From Blautia sp. (GTDB taxonomy: Bacteria; Bacillota; Clostridia; Lachnospirales; Lachnospiraceae), in assembly GCA_023667395.1 (NCBI GenBank), contig JAMPAC010000003.1, positions 14,972 to 78,971 on the forward strand: DNA of 64,000 nt, in the 5' to 3' direction. Positions 61,626-64,000 of this stretch are shown piece after piece (positions within the stretch are counted from its first letter, which is position 1; each line of letters starts with the position of its first letter). The position numbers were made by a program, and so were the translations under genes. Under the pieces are notes generated by a model. That model searched no databases. It was given only the letters and a program-made list of their open reading frames with translations, and had not been told where the DNA came from.

Positions 61626-62282
61626 ATGGATAGAAATATTACCGAATCCTACCGCGTGCTGCTGGAAGGGGGCGAGGGAGAGTATGTGGAGAAGAAGTCC
61701 CGTTTTATTGCCACCGTCCGCAAATGTGAGAGTGAAGGGGAGGCAGCGGCTTTTATTGAGGAGATGAAAAAGAAATACTGGGACGCCAGGCATAACTGTT
61801 CCGCCTTTGTGATCGGCGCCAGGGGGGAACTGACCCGCTGCAGCGACGACGGCGAGCCCGGCGGAACCGCAGGTAGGCCCATGCTGGAAGTGCTGCTGGG
61901 TGAGGAAATCCGCAATGTTGCCGTGGTGGTGACAAGGTATTTCGGCGGAGTGCTCCTGGGCACCGGAGGCCTGGTTCGCGCCTACACCCGGGCGGTCAAG
62001 GCAGGTCTCGCAAACTGCGCCCTGGGAAGAATGCGTTACGGCTGGGAGGTGGAGATCGGCACCGACTATAACGGTATCGGGAAAATACTGTATCTTCTGG
62101 GAAACGCCGGAATCGAGCCGCTGGAGAGCAGCTACACGGATGTGGTGAACCTGCGGATCCTGATCCCTGCGGAGGAAGGGGAGAGGATGCGGAAAGAGAT
62201 GGTGGAAGCCACAGGCGGCAGGGTTCGCTTTGAGAAATGCCGGGAATACTATTTTGTTGACAGGGAATTGCCGGGAAAGTAA
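61626..62282 (+). CDS. YigZ/IMPACT-family protein
   Basis: 218 aa. KKSRFIATV, ARHNCSAFV and DDGEPGGTAGRPML motifs. Confidence 0.8.
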   Translation: MDRNITESYRVLLEGGEGEYVEKKSRFIATVRKCESEGEAAAFIEEMKKKYWDARHNCSAFVIGARGELTRCSDDGEPGGTAGRPMLEVLLGEEIRNVAVVVTRYFGGVLLGTGGLVRAYTRAVKAGLANCALGRMRYGWEVEIGTDYNGIGKILYLLGNAGIEPLESSYTDVVNLRILIPAEEGERMRKEMVEATGGRVRFEKCREYYFVDRELPGK

Positions 62283-62292
62283 GATAGGACGG

Positions 62293-62357
62293 CAGGAAAT
62301 TTCTTCCCCGCGCCCCGCCAAGGGCGCTGAAGTGTAGAGATGGCACTGGAATAGGAG
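62293..62357 (+). repeat. Dispersed repeat family A, partial copy 4
   Basis: caggaaatttcttc...gggcgctgaagtgtagagatggcactggaataggag. Its 3' GGAG is the mgtE SD. Confidence 0.75.
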
Positions 62358-62363
62358 GGTACT

Positions 62364-63713
62364 ATGGAACAACTGAGGGAACTGGACAAATTAATGGAGC
62401 TCCTTGACACAAAACAGTATACGAAGCTGCGACAGTACCTTTCCGAATTGAACCACGCGGACGTGGCGGCATTGCTGGAAGAGATGGATGACGTCCCCAC
62501 GTTGAAGACATTCCGCATCCTGCCAAAGGATATGGCTGCGGACGTCTTTTCCTATCTGGATATCGATGATCAGCAGTATATCCTGAACTCCCTGTCCGAC
62601 AAGGAAGCGGCGGGCATCATAGACAATCTGATGGCCGATGATGTGGTGGACATGCTGGAGGAGATGCCTGCCAACGTGGTAAAGGGCATCCTTGCCATCG
62701 CCAGCCCGGAGACCAGGCGGGACATCAACCACCTGCTCCGTTATCCCGAGGATTCCGCAGGCAGCATCATGACCGTGGAGTATGTGGATCTGAAAGAGAC
62801 CCTGACCGTGGATGAGGCCATCGCCAGGATCCGCAGGGTGGGACTGGACAGCGAGACCATCAATATCTGCTATGTGTTGGACGAGCAGAGAAAGCTGGTG
62901 GGCACGGTGGCCCTGCGCTATCTGCTGCTCAGCGACGGGGACGAGATCATCGGCGACATCATGCATGAGAATGTAATCTCCATCCATACCCTGACGGACC
63001 AGGAGGAGGCAGCCAGACAGTTCAAGAAATATGACTTTACGGCCATGCCCGTGGTGGACAATGAGAACCGCCTTGTGGGAATCATCACCGTGGATGATAT
63101 CGTGGATATCATCGAGGAGGAGACCACGGAGGATATGGAGAAGATGGCGGCTATCGTGCCCAGCGACAAGCCTTATATGAGGACGACGATCTTCGAGACA
63201 TATAAAAAGAGGATCCCCTGGCTGCTGCTGCTCATGGTCTCCGCTACCTTTACAGGAGCCATCATCACTTCCTTTGAGGAGGCGCTGAGCGTATACGCGG
63301 CTTTGATCGCCTTTATCCCCATGCTCATGGACACCGGGGGAAACGCTGGCGGGCAGGCCAGCGTGACGGTGATCCGCGGACTTTCGCTGGGGGAGATCGA
63401 GTACCGGGACGCCTTCCGGGTGGTGTGGAAGGAAGTGCGTGTGGCGGTTCTGTGCGGACTGACGCTGGCGGCGGCCAATTTTGCCAAGCTGATGCTCTTT
63501 GACAGGGTGGGCGTCAGCGTGGCGGCGGTGGTGTGCCTGACCCTGGTGGCGGCGGTGCTGCTGGCCATGTTGGTGGGATGCCTCCTGCCCATCGGCGCGA
63601 AGAAGCTGGGCTTCGACCCGGCGGTGATGGCAAGCCCCTTTATCACCACCATTGTGGACGCGCTGTCGCTGATCGTGTACTTTAGGGTAGCAACTGTTAT
63701 CCTTGGGATATGA
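62364..63713 (+). CDS. mgtE: Magnesium transporter MgtE
   Basis: 449 aa. MgtE N-domain, tandem CBS domains, and a C-terminal 5-TM domain (PMLMDTGGNAGGQ...PFITTIVD). Confidence 0.92.
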   Translation: MEQLRELDKLMELLDTKQYTKLRQYLSELNHADVAALLEEMDDVPTLKTFRILPKDMAADVFSYLDIDDQQYILNSLSDKEAAGIIDNLMADDVVDMLEEMPANVVKGILAIASPETRRDINHLLRYPEDSAGSIMTVEYVDLKETLTVDEAIARIRRVGLDSETINICYVLDEQRKLVGTVALRYLLLSDGDEIIGDIMHENVISIHTLTDQEEAARQFKKYDFTAMPVVDNENRLVGIITVDDIVDIIEEETTEDMEKMAAIVPSDKPYMRTTIFETYKKRIPWLLLLMVSATFTGAIITSFEEALSVYAALIAFIPMLMDTGGNAGGQASVTVIRGLSLGEIEYRDAFRVVWKEVRVAVLCGLTLAAANFAKLMLFDRVGVSVAAVVCLTLVAAVLLAMLVGCLLPIGAKKLGFDPAVMASPFITTIVDALSLIVYFRVATVILGI

Positions 63714-63908
63714 TGCAACAGTTCAGCCAGACCATATAGATTACGAAAAATCGTGCTTGCACGAATTTTCAGCTGTTTGTATTGGCTGAGGGAGCGCAAA
63801 CTCAACAAGTTGAGTTCCTTATGAGTAAAGAGAGCTGCGGAGCAGCGGAAAGCGCCACAGGCGCGGCTTTACGAATGGCGCGTGCTGAACTGATGCAACA
63901 GTTCAGCC
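63711..63908. repeat. 180-bp segment bounded by an 18-bp direct repeat at the mgtE stop codon
   Basis: tgatgcaacagttcagcc occurs at 63711-63728 and at 63891-63908. The first copy contains the mgtE TGA. Confidence 0.8.
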
Positions 63909-64000
63909 AATAAAAACTTTACACTTCTGTGCAAATTGTTTATAATAAAGATAAAAGGCGGTGAAAGGATGGTACAGGACATTATGAGTTTGGATGAATT

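Overview
This is a 64-kb chromosomal segment of a moderately GC-rich Firmicute. It looks Clostridia/Lachnospiraceae-like from protein signatures and clpC-radA synteny, but that is inference only because no searches could be run. The housekeeping backbone comprises clpC, radA, a MATE pump, purL, an EAL/HDOD protein, carA-carB, azlCD, a class A PBP, a YigZ-family protein, mgtE and one tRNA-Trp. Three accessory blocks stand out. (1) A vanR-vanS-vanG-like trio (10.1-13.4 kb) lacks vanXY/vanT and is interrupted by structured repeats. (2) A roughly 19-kb T7SSb-like locus (13.6-32.4 kb) has a canonical EssC, a YukD/EsaB-like protein, five tandem WXG100 paralogues, two DUF4176 proteins and a Gly/Lys-rich candidate effector. 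It has no recognisable EsaA, EssA or EssB. Instead it is nested in a module of two vWA proteins, a Ser/Thr kinase, a PP2C phosphatase and FHA domains, with an embedded LytTR regulator and a candidate LytTR operator. (3) A second cluster (40.6-50.7 kb) sits behind a promoter whose spacer contains a G10 tract. It encodes a membrane coiled-coil protein, an Lgt paralogue, three zinc-ribbon membrane paralogues, a TM-less three-module FtsK/SpoIIIE ATPase, small helical-hairpin proteins (one with an in-phase G_GGA_AAC slippery site at its stop codon) and a lipoprotein. Two families of hairpin-rich dispersed repeats populate intergenic regions. They supply SD sequences and stop codons, and one copy sits in frame inside carB. 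No rRNA, CRISPR array, integrase or transposase was seen. All functional calls come from motif and architecture recognition by eye and need HMM/BLAST confirmation.
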